Source: Myxococcales bacterium
GTDB taxonomy: Bacteria > Myxococcota_A > UBA9042 > JABWCM01 > BTVJ01
NCBI GenBank assembly: GCA_045863395.1
Contig: BTVJ01000009.1
Span: 32,001-96,000 of the forward strand
Length of the DNA stretch: 64,000 nucleotides
Reading direction: 5' to 3'
The notes beneath the pieces were generated by a model, which saw only the letters and a list, made by a program, of their open reading frames with translations, did no database searches and had not been told where the DNA came from. The position numbers were made by a program, and so were the translations under genes. Below, one piece after another: positions 10,193-19,842 of the stretch (the first letter of the stretch is position 1; the number at the start of each line of letters is the position of its first letter).

Positions 10193-10600
10193 ATGAGTCG
10201 GATGGACGGCCTCGAGCTGATGGTCATCGGCCGGAAGAGGCACTTCGAGCTGCGCTGGGAGGACGGCGCCTACGTGGACGGGCGCGGCCGCCCGGTCAAG
10301 GGCCTCCTCGACATGACGTGCTACTCCTGCGGCGCCGGCTACTACACGCTGGAGGAGGAGGCCATCGGCTTCTGTCCCGCGTGCGGCTTCATCGAGCGGG
10401 ACGCCCCCAAGAGCTGGGCGGAGTTCGTCGAGTGGGCCCGGACGCAGGACTGGTCGTACCTGGAGGCGGTCGGCAAGTGGCCCTTCGGCGTGAACGGCGC
10501 GCGCGGGTGGTCGCTGCGCTTCGCCAAGGACGCCAACGAGCTCTTGCGCACGGGGCAGTTCGGCGAGGTCAGGCGGCTCTGGCCGCCGAGCGGGAGGTGA
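10193..10600 (+). CDS. Hypothetical protein with CxxC...CxxC Zn-ribbon-like motif
   Basis: ATG 10193; CYSC and CPAC; tightly packed between neighbours (4-nt gap, GTGA overlap). Confidence 0.7.
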   Translation: MSRMDGLELMVIGRKRHFELRWEDGAYVDGRGRPVKGLLDMTCYSCGAGYYTLEEEAIGFCPACGFIERDAPKSWAEFVEWARTQDWSYLEAVGKWPFGVNGARGWSLRFAKDANELLRTGQFGEVRRLWPPSGR

Positions 10601-11394
10601 CCGTGGGGTCTCATGTGAGGAGCACGGCCGGCGCGGTGATCATCGGCAACGAGATCCTCAGCGGCAAGGTGCGCGACGAGAACACGCCCTTCCTGGTGGA
10701 CCAGCTCCGGGAGCTGGGGGTCGCGCTGCGGCGCATCTCCGTCATCCCGGACGTGCTCGGCGAGATCGCCTCCACGGTTCGCCACTTCTCCGAGACCTAC
10801 GACTGGGTCTTCACGTCAGGCGGGGTCGGGCCCACCCACGACGACATCACCATGGCGGGCATCGCGCAGGGCTTCGGCGTGCCGCTGGTGGAGCACCCGG
10901 AGCTCATCGAGACCCTGCGAGAGAAGCACCCGCTGGGCCTGACCGACGCCACGCGGCGCATGGCGCTGATCCCGCAGGGGGCGACCGTGACCTGGGGTGG
11001 GCGCTTCCGGTGGCCGTCGGTGCAGCTCGGCAACGTCCACATCCTGCCCGGCGTGCCGTTCCTGTTCCGCGCGAAGGTGGAGGCGCTGCGGGACATGCTT
11101 CGCGCCAGCCCGTTCCTCTGCCACAGCGTGTGGACCGGGCTCGACGAGGGCGTGCTTGCCGCCATGCTGGAGGCAGTGCTCGCGGCGCACGAGGGCGTCG
11201 AGATCGGGTCGTATCCCCAGTTCGAGCAGCAGGGGTGGCGGGTCCGCCTGACCCTGGAGGCCGCCGACGCCGCGGTCCTGGAGGCGGCGACGGCCCACCT
11301 CGTCGGCCTGATCCCGGCGGAGCAGCTCCACCGGGTGGACCGGGGCGACGCGGCGGGCCCCCCGCAGAGCACGGGCTCCGGCGCTTCGGGTTGA
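10597..11394 (+). CDS. CinA-like / molybdopterin-binding (MoCF_biosynth) domain protein
   Basis: IIGNEILSGKVRDEN, SGGVGPTHDDIT, LPGVP, IGSYP motifs. Confidence 0.9.
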   Translation: MTVGSHVRSTAGAVIIGNEILSGKVRDENTPFLVDQLRELGVALRRISVIPDVLGEIASTVRHFSETYDWVFTSGGVGPTHDDITMAGIAQGFGVPLVEHPELIETLREKHPLGLTDATRRMALIPQGATVTWGGRFRWPSVQLGNVHILPGVPFLFRAKVEALRDMLRASPFLCHSVWTGLDEGVLAAMLEAVLAAHEGVEIGSYPQFEQQGWRVRLTLEAADAAVLEAATAHLVGLIPAEQLHRVDRGDAAGPPQSTGSGASG

Positions 11395-11461
11395 CCCCGC
11401 TCTGCCGAGAGTGCTAGGAGTCCCGGCGCCTTTTTTCATCCACACCTCACAGGAGCGCGCC

Positions 11462-12328
11462 ATGGCAGAGCCGTGCATCGGGGTCATCGGGGGGAGCGGC
11501 CTCTACGACATCGAGGGGCTGACCGACATCGACGAGGTGGCGGTGGAGACCCCCTTCGGCGCGCCGTCGGACGTGATCGTGGTCGGGCGGCTGCACGGCA
11601 CGCGCATGGCGTTTCTGCCGCGCCACGGCCGGGGCCACCGCTTCTCGCCCTCTGAGGTCAACTACCGCGCCAACCTGTGGGCGCTGCGGTCCCTCGGCGC
11701 CCGCCACGTCGTGTCGGTCAGCGCGGTGGGCAGCATGAAGGAGGGCATCGAGCCCGGCCACCTGGTGATGGTCGACCAGTTCGTCGACCGGACCGTGGGG
11801 AGGGCGCGCACCTTCTTCGAGGATGGCGTCGTCGCCCACGTGGGCTTCGGCCACCCGATCTGCGGGGCGCTCTCGCGGAGCCTCTACGATGCGGCCACAG
11901 GCAAGGGCTACGACGCCCACCTGGGCGGCACCTACGTGTGCATCGAGGGCCCCCAGTTCTCCACGCGCGCCGAGTCCATGCTCTTCCGCACGTGGGGCGT
12001 GGACGTCATCGGCATGACGGGGCTCCCCGAGGCGCGCCTCGCCCGGGAAGCCGAGATGTGCTACGCCACGATCGCCCTGGCGACGGACTACGACTGCTGG
12101 CACGAGGAGGAGGCCCACGTCTCCGTGGAGGCGGTCATGCAGATCATGTCGCAGAACGTGGCCAAGGCGAAGAGCGTCATCGCATCCATCGCCGCGGCGG
12201 GCATCCCGAGCGGCGACTGCGCCTGCCACCACGCCCTGCGCTACGCCGTGATGACGGATCCCAAGCGAATCCCGCCAGCCGTGCGCAGCAGGCTCGGCAT
12301 GTTCCTAGACCCCACCCTCCCCGCGTGA
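11462..12328 (+). CDS. mtnP: S-methyl-5'-thioadenosine phosphorylase
   Basis: IGVIGGSGLY, TPFGAPS, FLPRHGRGH, VNYRAN, EGPQFSTRAES, IGMT, TDYDCW. Confidence 0.93.
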   Translation: MAEPCIGVIGGSGLYDIEGLTDIDEVAVETPFGAPSDVIVVGRLHGTRMAFLPRHGRGHRFSPSEVNYRANLWALRSLGARHVVSVSAVGSMKEGIEPGHLVMVDQFVDRTVGRARTFFEDGVVAHVGFGHPICGALSRSLYDAATGKGYDAHLGGTYVCIEGPQFSTRAESMLFRTWGVDVIGMTGLPEARLAREAEMCYATIALATDYDCWHEEEAHVSVEAVMQIMSQNVAKAKSVIASIAAAGIPSGDCACHHALRYAVMTDPKRIPPAVRSRLGMFLDPTLPA

Positions 12329-12335
12329 GGCACCC

Positions 12336-13253
12336 ATGAGCATCCTCGTCGTCGGCTCCGTGGCCTATGACACCGTCGAGACCCCCGCGGGCCGCGCCGA
12401 CGACGCCCTCGGCGGCAGCGCGACCTTCTTCACCACCGCCGCGTCCCTGTTCACGGACACGCGCCTCGTCGCCGTCGTCGGCGAGGACTTCCGCGAGCAG
12501 GACGTGGAGTTCCTGAAGAGCCGTCGGGCGGATCTCAGCGGGCTCCAGCGCGCCGCGGGACGCACCTTCCGCTGGGGCGGGCGCTACCACGCGTCCATGA
12601 ACACGCGGGACACGCTGTTCACCGAGCTCAACGTCTTCGAGTCCTTCGCGCCGGACATCCCGGAGCCCTTTCGCGACTGTCGCTACGTCTTCCTCGGGAA
12701 CATCGCGCCGGAGCTCCAGCTCCGGGTCCTGGAGCAGGTCCACGAGCCGCGCTTCGTGGCGTGCGACACCATGAACTTCTGGATCCAGGGGCGCCGGGAG
12801 GCCCTGGAGCGGCTGCTGCCCCGGGTCCACGCGCTGATCATCAACGACGAGGAGGCGCTGATGCTCTCGGGGGCGACCTCGGTGCTCCGCGCAGCCGCTC
12901 GCATCCAGGCGATGGGCCCCAAGACCGTGATCGTCAAGCGGGGGGAGCACGGCGCGCTGATGTTCAACAACGGCGACACCTTCTACACCCCGGCGTACCC
13001 GCTGGAGGTCGTCGTGGATCCGACGGGCGCCGGCGACACCTTTGCGGGCGGGTTCATGGGGTGGATCGCGTCGCAGGACGACCTGTCCGACGCCACGCTC
13101 CGGCGCGCCGTGGTCGCGGGCACGCTGATGGCCTCGTTCAGCGTCGAGGGCTTCAGCGTCGACCGGCTCAAGACCGTGGACCGGGATCAGCTCCTGGCCC
13201 GCTACCGGGAGCTGGCCTCCCTCACCCGCTTCGGAACCCTCGAGATCGGATGA
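12336..13253 (+). CDS. PfkB/ribokinase-family kinase
   Basis: VVGSVAYD, GGSA, DTMNFWI, INDEE, VKRGEHG, DPTGAGDTFAGG. Confidence 0.92.
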   Translation: MSILVVGSVAYDTVETPAGRADDALGGSATFFTTAASLFTDTRLVAVVGEDFREQDVEFLKSRRADLSGLQRAAGRTFRWGGRYHASMNTRDTLFTELNVFESFAPDIPEPFRDCRYVFLGNIAPELQLRVLEQVHEPRFVACDTMNFWIQGRREALERLLPRVHALIINDEEALMLSGATSVLRAAARIQAMGPKTVIVKRGEHGALMFNNGDTFYTPAYPLEVVVDPTGAGDTFAGGFMGWIASQDDLSDATLRRAVVAGTLMASFSVEGFSVDRLKTVDRDQLLARYRELASLTRFGTLEIG

Positions 13254-14107
13254 TGAACCCCCGCGACATGGTCCTGGACGCGTTCCTCGGCGCCGTCTCC
13301 GGTGAGCGGTGGAGCCGCACGGTCGGCGCGCTGGCTGCGAGAGAGGTGCCACAGCCGCTGCTCCAGGCAGCGATCTCCGCCTATGTGAAGGCATATGGCG
13401 TGGACCTGAGCGAGGCGGCGGAGCCCGTCGAGTCCTTTCGGTCCTTCAACGCCTTCTTCACCCGCGCGCTCCGCGAGGGGGCGCGCCCCGTCTGCGAAGG
13501 CGAGGCCACCGTCGCGTCGCCCGCCGACGGCGCGCTGCTCAACCACGGCACCCTCGCCGACGGCCGCCTGAGGCAGATCAAGGGGCGGGACTACGGCCTG
13601 GACGAACTCTTGGGAAGCGCCGAGGAGGCCGAGGCCCTGCGATGCGGCCGCTACGCGACCATCTACCTCAGCCCCCGGGACTACCACCGGGTCCACTGCC
13701 CGCTGGACGGGCACATCGTGGGCTGGCGGTACATCCCCGGCGCGCTCTACCCGGTCAACCGCTTGGGCCTGGACCGGGTGGACCGGCTGTTCGCGACCAA
13801 CGAGCGCCTCGTCACGCTCCTCGACACGCCCGCCGCGGGCCGGGTGGCCGTGATCATGGTGGGGGCCACCTCCGTCGGGAACATCTCGGTCACCTACGAC
13901 GGCATCCACACCAACACCCCCCCGCGGGTCGCCCGCGAGGAGCGCCTGGCCACGCCAATCCCCGTGCGGAAGGGCGACGAGCTTGGCCGCTTCAACCTGG
14001 GGTCGACGGTGGTGCTGCTGGTCCAGGGGGCGCACATGCGCTTCGTGGGGCTGGCCGAGGGGCAGCGCCTGCGCATGGGCGAGGCGCTGATGTCGCCGGA
14101 GAGTTGA
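13250..14107 (+). CDS. psd: Phosphatidylserine decarboxylase proenzyme
   Basis: SFNAFFTR, SPADG, QIKG, YLSPRDYHRVH, NER, GRFNLGST autocleavage motif; ATGA overlap. Confidence 0.93.
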   Translation: MMNPRDMVLDAFLGAVSGERWSRTVGALAAREVPQPLLQAAISAYVKAYGVDLSEAAEPVESFRSFNAFFTRALREGARPVCEGEATVASPADGALLNHGTLADGRLRQIKGRDYGLDELLGSAEEAEALRCGRYATIYLSPRDYHRVHCPLDGHIVGWRYIPGALYPVNRLGLDRVDRLFATNERLVTLLDTPAAGRVAVIMVGATSVGNISVTYDGIHTNTPPRVAREERLATPIPVRKGDELGRFNLGSTVVLLVQGAHMRFVGLAEGQRLRMGEALMSPES

Positions 14108-14113
14108 GCCCGA

Positions 14114-14713
14114 TCAGGGCTCGCCAGCGGGGGCAGGGGCGCCCGCGTCCGCGGGAGCCGGGGGTGGTGGCGGAGGCGGAGGGGCCTCGTCGGGGATCTC
14201 GAGCTGCAGCATCCCCTCGGTGCGCACGAAGACCTTGTCCGCGCTCCACTGGACGAGCCGCCCCTCGAGGCGCACGGGCTGGGCGATGGACACGGCCGCG
14301 ATCTGGATGGCCGTGCCGGTCACCAGGAGCTGCTGCGTCGGCCGCGCCAGATCGTCCGTGAGGAAGACGTGCGGTGGCGGGTGGCAGCCGGACACGATCT
14401 GCGGCTCAGGGGGCGCCCCGGCATCGGACTCGGGCACCTCCTCCACCGGGCACTCCACCTTGTCCACCACGATTCCACGGACCGCGATGGCCTTGCCCAT
14501 GAGCTCCGGCGCCCCTGCGAGCACCCCGGCGACCGTGTAGCTGCCGTCGTCGGCCCTGAGCCGCACCTCCTTCTTCTGAAGTGGCGGCGTGTCGGGGAGG
14601 TTGACCTTGCGCCGATCCGACTTCGGGCGCTCGGGCTCGTCCTCGAAGCTGCGGCAGGCGGGCGTCGCGAGGGAGAGGCTCACCGCGAGCGCGAAGAGGC
14701 TTGGTGCGCGCAT
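14114..14713 (-). CDS. Lipoprotein, possibly OB-fold-like
   Basis: ATG 14713 MRAPSLFALAVSLSLATPAC; GKAIAVRGIVV and VRLEGRL strands; Pro-rich tail. Confidence 0.7.
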   Translation of the reverse strand: MRAPSLFALAVSLSLATPACRSFEDEPERPKSDRRKVNLPDTPPLQKKEVRLRADDGSYTVAGVLAGAPELMGKAIAVRGIVVDKVECPVEEVPESDAGAPPEPQIVSGCHPPPHVFLTDDLARPTQQLLVTGTAIQIAAVSIAQPVRLEGRLVQWSADKVFVRTEGMLQLEIPDEAPPPPPPPPAPADAGAPAPAGEP

Positions 14714-14718
14714 GGGGC

Positions 14719-15978
14719 CTACTCGTGTGTGACGGGCGGCACGACGCCCGGGAAGCTGACGACCGAGAGGCTGCTCGGCAGCACGTACACCGGGTGCCCA
14801 CCGAGGGAGACGGCCGCCCCGCCCTGCAGGATGGTCGCGGTGACGAAGTTGGGCCCCGGTGCCACGTCCAGACCGACGTAGCGGCCCAGGATGTTGGTGG
14901 AGCTGCGCTCCGGGACGGGGAGGGTGTCCTCCTCCAGGGCGTTGAAGTACCCGGTCTTCGACGGGGGCGTGCCGAAGCCCACCGTGGCCTCGGCGATGTG
15001 CCAGGAGGGGCGGCCAGAAGCCCCCTCGATGGCGCAGTCGCGGATGCGCCCGCCGATGGCGCCGTTGCCCGTGGCGATCTGGGTGCCAAAGGGGTTGGGG
15101 ACGGTCTTCCACTGGCCGTCGCTCACGATGGTCGGGTCGTAGCGGTAGGTCCCGTCCTTGGCGAAGGCGTCCAGGAAGATCACGTTGTAGAGGAACGTGC
15201 GGTGCCACGAGTCCTTCTCGTCGTCGGGCGGCGCCGTCATGATCACGAGCGGGGTGTTCGTCGGGATCCCGTCGATCTCATAGAGACCGTACTGCTCGCG
15301 GCAGGCGAAGAAGCCCTGGGCGTCGTTGCACTCGAAGCCAAGCGGACACTCGGGCGTCTCGTCGCAGTCGGTCCCCTCCGCCTTGAGGTCGGGGACGCGC
15401 GTGGAGATCGTCTGGCCCAGGATGGCGGCCGTGTCCGCGATGACCTCCTCGTAGCAGGCCAGCGCCTCGGCAGGCCCCATGGAGGCGCAGCGCCCCGGGT
15501 TGAACTTGGAGGCGTCGAAGATGCGGATGGTCATGCCCTCGGTGACCCCGCCGGAGCCGAACCGATCCAGGAAACCGTGGACCTTGACCTTGGCGCCCGT
15601 CGGGGCTGGCCACGCCTGGTCCACACACGCCAGGTTGGGCTTCTGGGACGTGTTCTCCTCGGTGAAGGGGTCGCTGATGGTGGACTCGACGGACGGCTTG
15701 CGCAGGCACAGGCCGCCGGGCTGCCCCCCGACAAGGCCGCACACCTGACTCGCCGCGCAGTCCGCGTCCTTCGTGCAGTGGTTCGAGAAGTCCTCGAAGG
15801 GCGTCGCCACGATGGGCCCCGTATCGCCCGTCGCCACCGTGTCGCCGCCCCCCGTGTCCTTGCCGGCGCTCGACCCTGCGTCTGCCGCCGCCCCCTCGCT
15901 CGTGTCACATGCGCCTGCCAGCGCGAGGGCCGCGCCCAGGGCAAGCGCCGCAAGCGCGCTCTCCAGTCTCGTCCGCAT
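14719..15978 (-). CDS. Lipoprotein of unknown function (Cys-rich plus beta-sandwich-like)
   Basis: ATG 15978 with lipobox ALALAGAC; strong GC3 bias. Confidence 0.8.
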   Translation of the reverse strand: MRTRLESALAALALGAALALAGACDTSEGAAADAGSSAGKDTGGGDTVATGDTGPIVATPFEDFSNHCTKDADCAASQVCGLVGGQPGGLCLRKPSVESTISDPFTEENTSQKPNLACVDQAWPAPTGAKVKVHGFLDRFGSGGVTEGMTIRIFDASKFNPGRCASMGPAEALACYEEVIADTAAILGQTISTRVPDLKAEGTDCDETPECPLGFECNDAQGFFACREQYGLYEIDGIPTNTPLVIMTAPPDDEKDSWHRTFLYNVIFLDAFAKDGTYRYDPTIVSDGQWKTVPNPFGTQIATGNGAIGGRIRDCAIEGASGRPSWHIAEATVGFGTPPSKTGYFNALEEDTLPVPERSSTNILGRYVGLDVAPGPNFVTATILQGGAAVSLGGHPVYVLPSSLSVVSFPGVVPPVTHE

Positions 15979-16016
15979 GGTACTCCCTCGTGTCACGGCG
16001 CCCCGGCGGGCGCCCC

Positions 16017-16508
16017 TCATTGCGACCGCTCGCCCCGGCCAGACGCCGCGTGGCGGCTCATCCACGACTCGAACACCGCCCGGAGCTCCGGGTCCGGAAT
16101 GACCTCGGCCACCCGACGGCACGCCTCACGCTCCCCTGGCGCCAGCTCCCGCGGGCGCGGCAGCGGAGGCAGCACCTCCTCTCGCCGAGCCGGCACCTCG
16201 CCGACCCTCACCGACAGCCGCCGGACCACGGGCCGCCCCAGGAGCAGGTTGGCCCCCGCGACCACGTGGTCCGCGAGGAGCGCCAGCTCTCGCGCCGCCA
16301 CCTCGGACGCCGCCACGGCGATGAGCTGCCCGCCCCGGAGGTCCGCGACCCCGGTGTCCGCCGCGTGGAGGCGCCCCACGATGCGCTCCCAGCCCCCTTG
16401 CAGGGCTCCAAGCTCCGCGCGGGAACCGCTCGGAACCCCTTGGCGCAGCGTTGCCAGCAGATCCCGAAGAGCCATCGGAGAGTCCTTGCGTGGGGCGGGG
16501 CGCGACAT
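16017..16508 (-). CDS. DUF721 / DciA-family protein
   Basis: WERIVG...GQLIAVAASEVAARELALL...VVRRLSVRVG resembles the DUF721 pattern. Confidence 0.65.
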   Translation of the reverse strand: MSRPAPRKDSPMALRDLLATLRQGVPSGSRAELGALQGGWERIVGRLHAADTGVADLRGGQLIAVAASEVAARELALLADHVVAGANLLLGRPVVRRLSVRVGEVPARREEVLPPLPRPRELAPGEREACRRVAEVIPDPELRAVFESWMSRHAASGRGERSQ

Positions 16509-16636
16509 GCTCTCCTGCGTGGGACAGTCCAGAGACCCTCTAACATCGGATTGCCCTTGCGTCAACGATGGCGGTGACCGGACCGGGGGAGGCACGCGCA
16601 GGTTGGGCGCGCCCAGCAACCCAGCGAAGTTTCCCG

Positions 16637-16665
16637 TTGACAGCCCCCAGGTGGTGGGGTAAGGT
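16637..16665 (+). promoter_or_regulatory. sigma70 promoter for the tRNA-Val/rpmI operon
   Basis: TTGACA-N17-TAAGGT. Confidence 0.7.
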
Positions 16666-16812
16666 ACATCCCGCCTTGCCGCCGGATGAGGCGTAAGCCC
16701 ATGAAATCCAGCGCAAATTGCAGCTTCGAGGGCGCCGCCTGGGTCGAAGTGAACGGCGCAGGACGTGGAGTGAGCGCGGACTCGGTGACGAGGTGCCCCA
16801 GTTCTGGAACAT

Positions 16813-16884
<72 letters not shown>

Positions 16885-16964
16885 CTGAACCTTTTTCACA
16901 CCGAAGCAGGTCCAATCCCAGTCGGTAACGGGGTGGGCCAGGTCGTCCGATTCGGAGAGGGCAC

Positions 16965-17162
16965 ATGCCGAAGATCAGAACCAATCGCGCCGCTGCCAAG
17001 CGGTTCCGCCTCACCGCGTCGGGCAAGGTCCGCCGCAACAAGGCATACAAGAGCCACATCCTCACGAAGAAGTCGCGCACGCGCAAGCGCAACCTGCGCC
17101 AGAGCACGATCCTCGAGAAGGTGGATACGCATCTCATCAAGAAGCTGATCCCCTACGGCTAG
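16965..17162 (+). CDS. rpmI: 50S ribosomal protein L35
   Basis: [22 protein letters not shown]...HILTKKS...IPY. Confidence 0.97.
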   Translation: MPKIRTNRAAAKRFRLTASGKVRRNKAYKSHILTKKSRTRKRNLRQSTILEKVDTHLIKKLIPYG

Positions 17163-17253
17163 GCAGCCCGGGCTCGGAACAGCACCTTGAGATGGCGCCC
17201 CCAGCGGGGTGCGCGTGGGACGCGAAGGCACAGCAGGTCAGGAGTAGAGCTTC

Positions 17254-17613
17254 ATGTCACGGGTAAAGGGTGGTTTCGTCACGCGCCGCCGCCGCAAGAA
17301 GGTCCTCAAGCTCGCCTCGGGCTACCGGGAGCGCAGGGGCAACACGTTCGCGGCGGCTCACGAGCAGGTCATGCGGTCCCTGCGGTACGCCTACGTTCAC
17401 CGGCGCCTCCGCAAGCGCGACTTCCGCCGCCTCTGGAACGCGCGCATCAACGCCGCCGCGCGCATGAATGGCACGCGCTACAACCAGCTCATGGACTGGC
17501 TCAAGAAGGCCGGCATCCAGCTTGATCGCAAGGTCCTGGCGGACCTGGCGGTGTTCGACCCGGCGGGCTTCGCTCGCGTGGTGGACACCGCGCGACAGGC
17601 CTCCGCCGCTTGA
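17254..17613 (+). CDS. rplT: 50S ribosomal protein L20
   Basis: MSRVKGG...RRKKVLKLASGY...YAY..RR.RKRDFRRLW..RINAAAR...LDRKVLADLAV. Confidence 0.97.
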   Translation: MSRVKGGFVTRRRRKKVLKLASGYRERRGNTFAAAHEQVMRSLRYAYVHRRLRKRDFRRLWNARINAAARMNGTRYNQLMDWLKKAGIQLDRKVLADLAVFDPAGFARVVDTARQASAA

Positions 17614-17888
17614 TCCGACGTGGCGCTTCCCGCCCCGGCTGAAGTCGGCTAGGATGCGCCGCTACGAGTCGAGGGCTCGTCCGCGCCTGCCCAAGAGGCG
17701 ACGGACGTGCGCTCTCCGTGGATCCGCAGCGCCGGGAGCACCGCGCAGTTGTCATCTCCGTTGTGGGGTGTCATGGCGGTCAGCTCGAGGGCTCGCCCAG
17801 AGCTCGAGAGGCTTCATGTCGAGGCGGCGCGGACGACGGTGCACCTGAGCGAGCGACGCAGCAGGACCGCAATGGAGGTCGAGGCACC

Positions 17889-18167
17889 ATGACGAAGGCG
17901 GACATCGTCGAGAGCGTGTACGAGAAGCTCGGTGGGTTCTCCAAGAAGGAGTCCGCCGAGATCGTCGAGATGGTCTTCGAGACGATGAAGGAGACCCTGG
18001 GACAGGGCGAGAAGATCAAGATCAGCGGCTTCGGCAACTTCGTCGTCCGCAAGAAGCGCGAGCGCATCGGTCGCAACCCGCAGACCGGCGAGGAGATCAA
18101 GATCTCCGCGCGTCGCGTGCTCACCTTCAAGCCGAGTCAGGTCCTCAAGAACGCCCTCAACGGGTAG
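17889..18167 (+). CDS. ihfA: Integration host factor subunit alpha
   Basis: MTKADIVE..., KISGFGNF, RIGRNPQTGEEI.ISARRVLTFKPSQVLK. Confidence 0.93.
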   Translation: MTKADIVESVYEKLGGFSKKESAEIVEMVFETMKETLGQGEKIKISGFGNFVVRKKRERIGRNPQTGEEIKISARRVLTFKPSQVLKNALNG

Positions 18168-18227
18168 GCGAGCGACCCCGGGCCTCCCCGCGCTCGGTGC
18201 CTCCTCGCCGCCAAGCCTGAGGCGTCG

Positions 18228-18698
18228 ATGGACCTCCAGCTCCCCGACAAGCACTTCTTCAAGATCGGCGAGGTCTCCGACCTCCTCGGCGTGAAGCCCT
18301 ACGTGCTTCGCTACTGGGAGAAGGAGTTCCACCTCGTCCGCCCCCAGAAGTCCCGCACCAACCAGCGCGTGTACTCCCGCAAGGACGTGGAGCTGATCGC
18401 CCACATCAAGCACCTGCTCTACGACGAGAAGTTCACCATCGCAGGCGCCAAGATGCAGCTCCGGGAGTCGGGGCTCCGCACCGCAGCGCCCGAGGCCCCC
18501 GAGGGCAGCGGGCCGCGCAGCTTCCTGGAGGAGCGGGACGCCCTCGTCACGGAGCGCGACGAGCTCGCCCAGGAGGCGGACCTCCTGCGCGCGCGGGTGG
18601 ACGAGCTGGAGGAGGAGCTGCGGTGGCTCCGCGCCCTGGCGCTGGACGGCGTGCGCGGAATGCTCCAGGTCATCGACGCGGATGACAGACGGCGTTGA
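18228..18698 (+). CDS. MerR-family transcriptional regulator (ihfA-linked)
   Basis: FKIGEVS..LGVKPYVLRYWEKEF...RVYSRKD...EKFTIAGAK plus coiled coil; conserved position after ihfA. Confidence 0.9.
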   Translation: MDLQLPDKHFFKIGEVSDLLGVKPYVLRYWEKEFHLVRPQKSRTNQRVYSRKDVELIAHIKHLLYDEKFTIAGAKMQLRESGLRTAAPEAPEGSGPRSFLEERDALVTERDELAQEADLLRARVDELEEELRWLRALALDGVRGMLQVIDADDRRR

Positions 18699-18764
18699 CC
18701 GGGCTCCAGCGTTGCCTCCTCCGCCGGTCGCCCCCGAACAGAGTCTCGGGTGAACACAACGAGG

Positions 18765-18794
18765 TTGACAACCTGGACGGCCGTGGGCTATAGA
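18765..18794 (+). promoter_or_regulatory. Promoter for tRNA-Pro
   Basis: TTGACA-N18-TATAGA about 55 nt upstream of the tRNA. Confidence 0.5.
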
Positions 18795-18849
18795 TGCGCC
18801 CCGACTCGCGGGGCCCTCGGGCACTGCGAGCCGCTCTCTTTGCACTGAC

Positions 18850-18926
18850 CGGGGCGTAGCGCAGTCTGGTAGCGCACTAGACTGGGGGTCTAGGTGTCGC
18901 AGGTTCAAATCCTGTCGCCCCGACCA
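18850..18926 (+). tRNA. tRNA-Pro(GGG)
   Basis: CGGGGCG/CGCCCCG acceptor, anticodon arm CTAGA-CTGGGGG-TCTAG, GGTTCAAATCC, 3' ACCA. Confidence 0.96.
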
Positions 18927-18944
18927 TTATCGAGCATCGAAGCT

Positions 18945-18978
18945 CCGCGGCGGGCCGTCCCGCCGCGGGGGTTTCTCT
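18945..18978 (+). terminator. Hairpin terminator after tRNA-Pro
   Basis: CCGCGGCGGG-ccgt-CCCGCCGCGG followed by gggtttctct. Confidence 0.55.
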
Positions 18979-19023
18979 CCTCTTCCAGCCGCGGAACTTC
19001 AGCGTCACACGCGAGGCACTCCC

Positions 19024-19521
19024 ATGCGCATCGTAGGGATCGCCGGCTGGAGCAACAGCGGCAAGACGACCCTCATCGAGCGGATCATCCCCCTGCTGGT
19101 CCGTGATGGCCTCCGCGTCTCCACGTTCAAACACGCCCACCATGGCTTCGACATGGACAGCCCGGGCAAGGACAGCTTCCGGCATCGGGCCGCCGGGGCC
19201 ACGGAGGTGCTGGTCGCCAGCGCCACCCGGTGGGCGCTGCTCCACGAGGGGCGCGAGGAGCCGGAGCCGGACCTGGACGCACTGCTGCCGCGCATGACCC
19301 CGGTCGACCTGCTGATCGTCGAGGGCTACAAGCGGCACAGGCACCCCAAGATCGAGGTGCATCGGCCATCTCTGGGCAAGAGCCTGATCCAGCCCGAGGA
19401 GCCGACGATCATCGCCGTGGCGAGCGACGGCGCGCTCCCCGCCCTGCCCGTACCTGTGCTGGACCTCGATGACCCGAAGCAGGTCGCCGACTTCCTCGTG
19501 AGCTTCGTGGGCCTCCGCTGA
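19024..19521 (+). CDS. mobB: Molybdopterin-guanine dinucleotide biosynthesis protein B
   Basis: GWSNSGKTTLIE, KHAHHGFDMDSPGKDSFRH, DLLIVEGYK, PKIEV. Confidence 0.93.
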   Translation: MRIVGIAGWSNSGKTTLIERIIPLLVRDGLRVSTFKHAHHGFDMDSPGKDSFRHRAAGATEVLVASATRWALLHEGREEPEPDLDALLPRMTPVDLLIVEGYKRHRHPKIEVHRPSLGKSLIQPEEPTIIAVASDGALPALPVPVLDLDDPKQVADFLVSFVGLR

Positions 19522-19537
19522 ACACTCGCCAGGGCTC

Positions 19538-19703
19538 ACAGGGTCGGCAACAAATCGCTGCACGCCCCTCATGGCCGCCTTCGGGCGCCTCGGCCCCGGC
19601 CAACCCCGGGAGGTACCCGAAGTACATCCACGGGGTTGGCCGAGGCCGATCCGCCGCGTGCTCCGCGCATGAGGGCCGCGCCCACGGTTGTTGCTGACCC
19701 TGT
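19538..19703. repeat. ~166-bp nested palindromic element (REP/MITE-like)
   Basis: Terminal IR ACAGGGTCGGCAACAA / TTGTTGCTGACCCTGT (1 mismatch); inner IRs CCCTCATG/CATGAGGG and CGGCCAACCCCG/CGGGGTTGGCCG; GTAC..GTAC core. Confidence 0.7.
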
Positions 19704-19842
19704 CAGGGACCCCGGGACGGCACGACCGCGCTCACGGGGGCCAGCCGTTGCGCTGCCGCCCTCGTTTTAAGGGGCCTTAAGGTGTGCGCCGTCGAGGGGC
19801 CGCTATCGTGACCCACCGGAGCACTCGAACCCGGAGGTCACC

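Noticed and set aside
16670..16812. 140-nt leader before tRNA-Val as a riboswitch or ncRNA
   Set aside because: No recognisable T-box, riboswitch or other conserved RNA motif by eye.
18850..18926. tRNA-Pro as attachment site of an integrative element
   Set aside because: No integrase follows and I did not spot a duplicated tRNA 3' end; an exact search was not possible.
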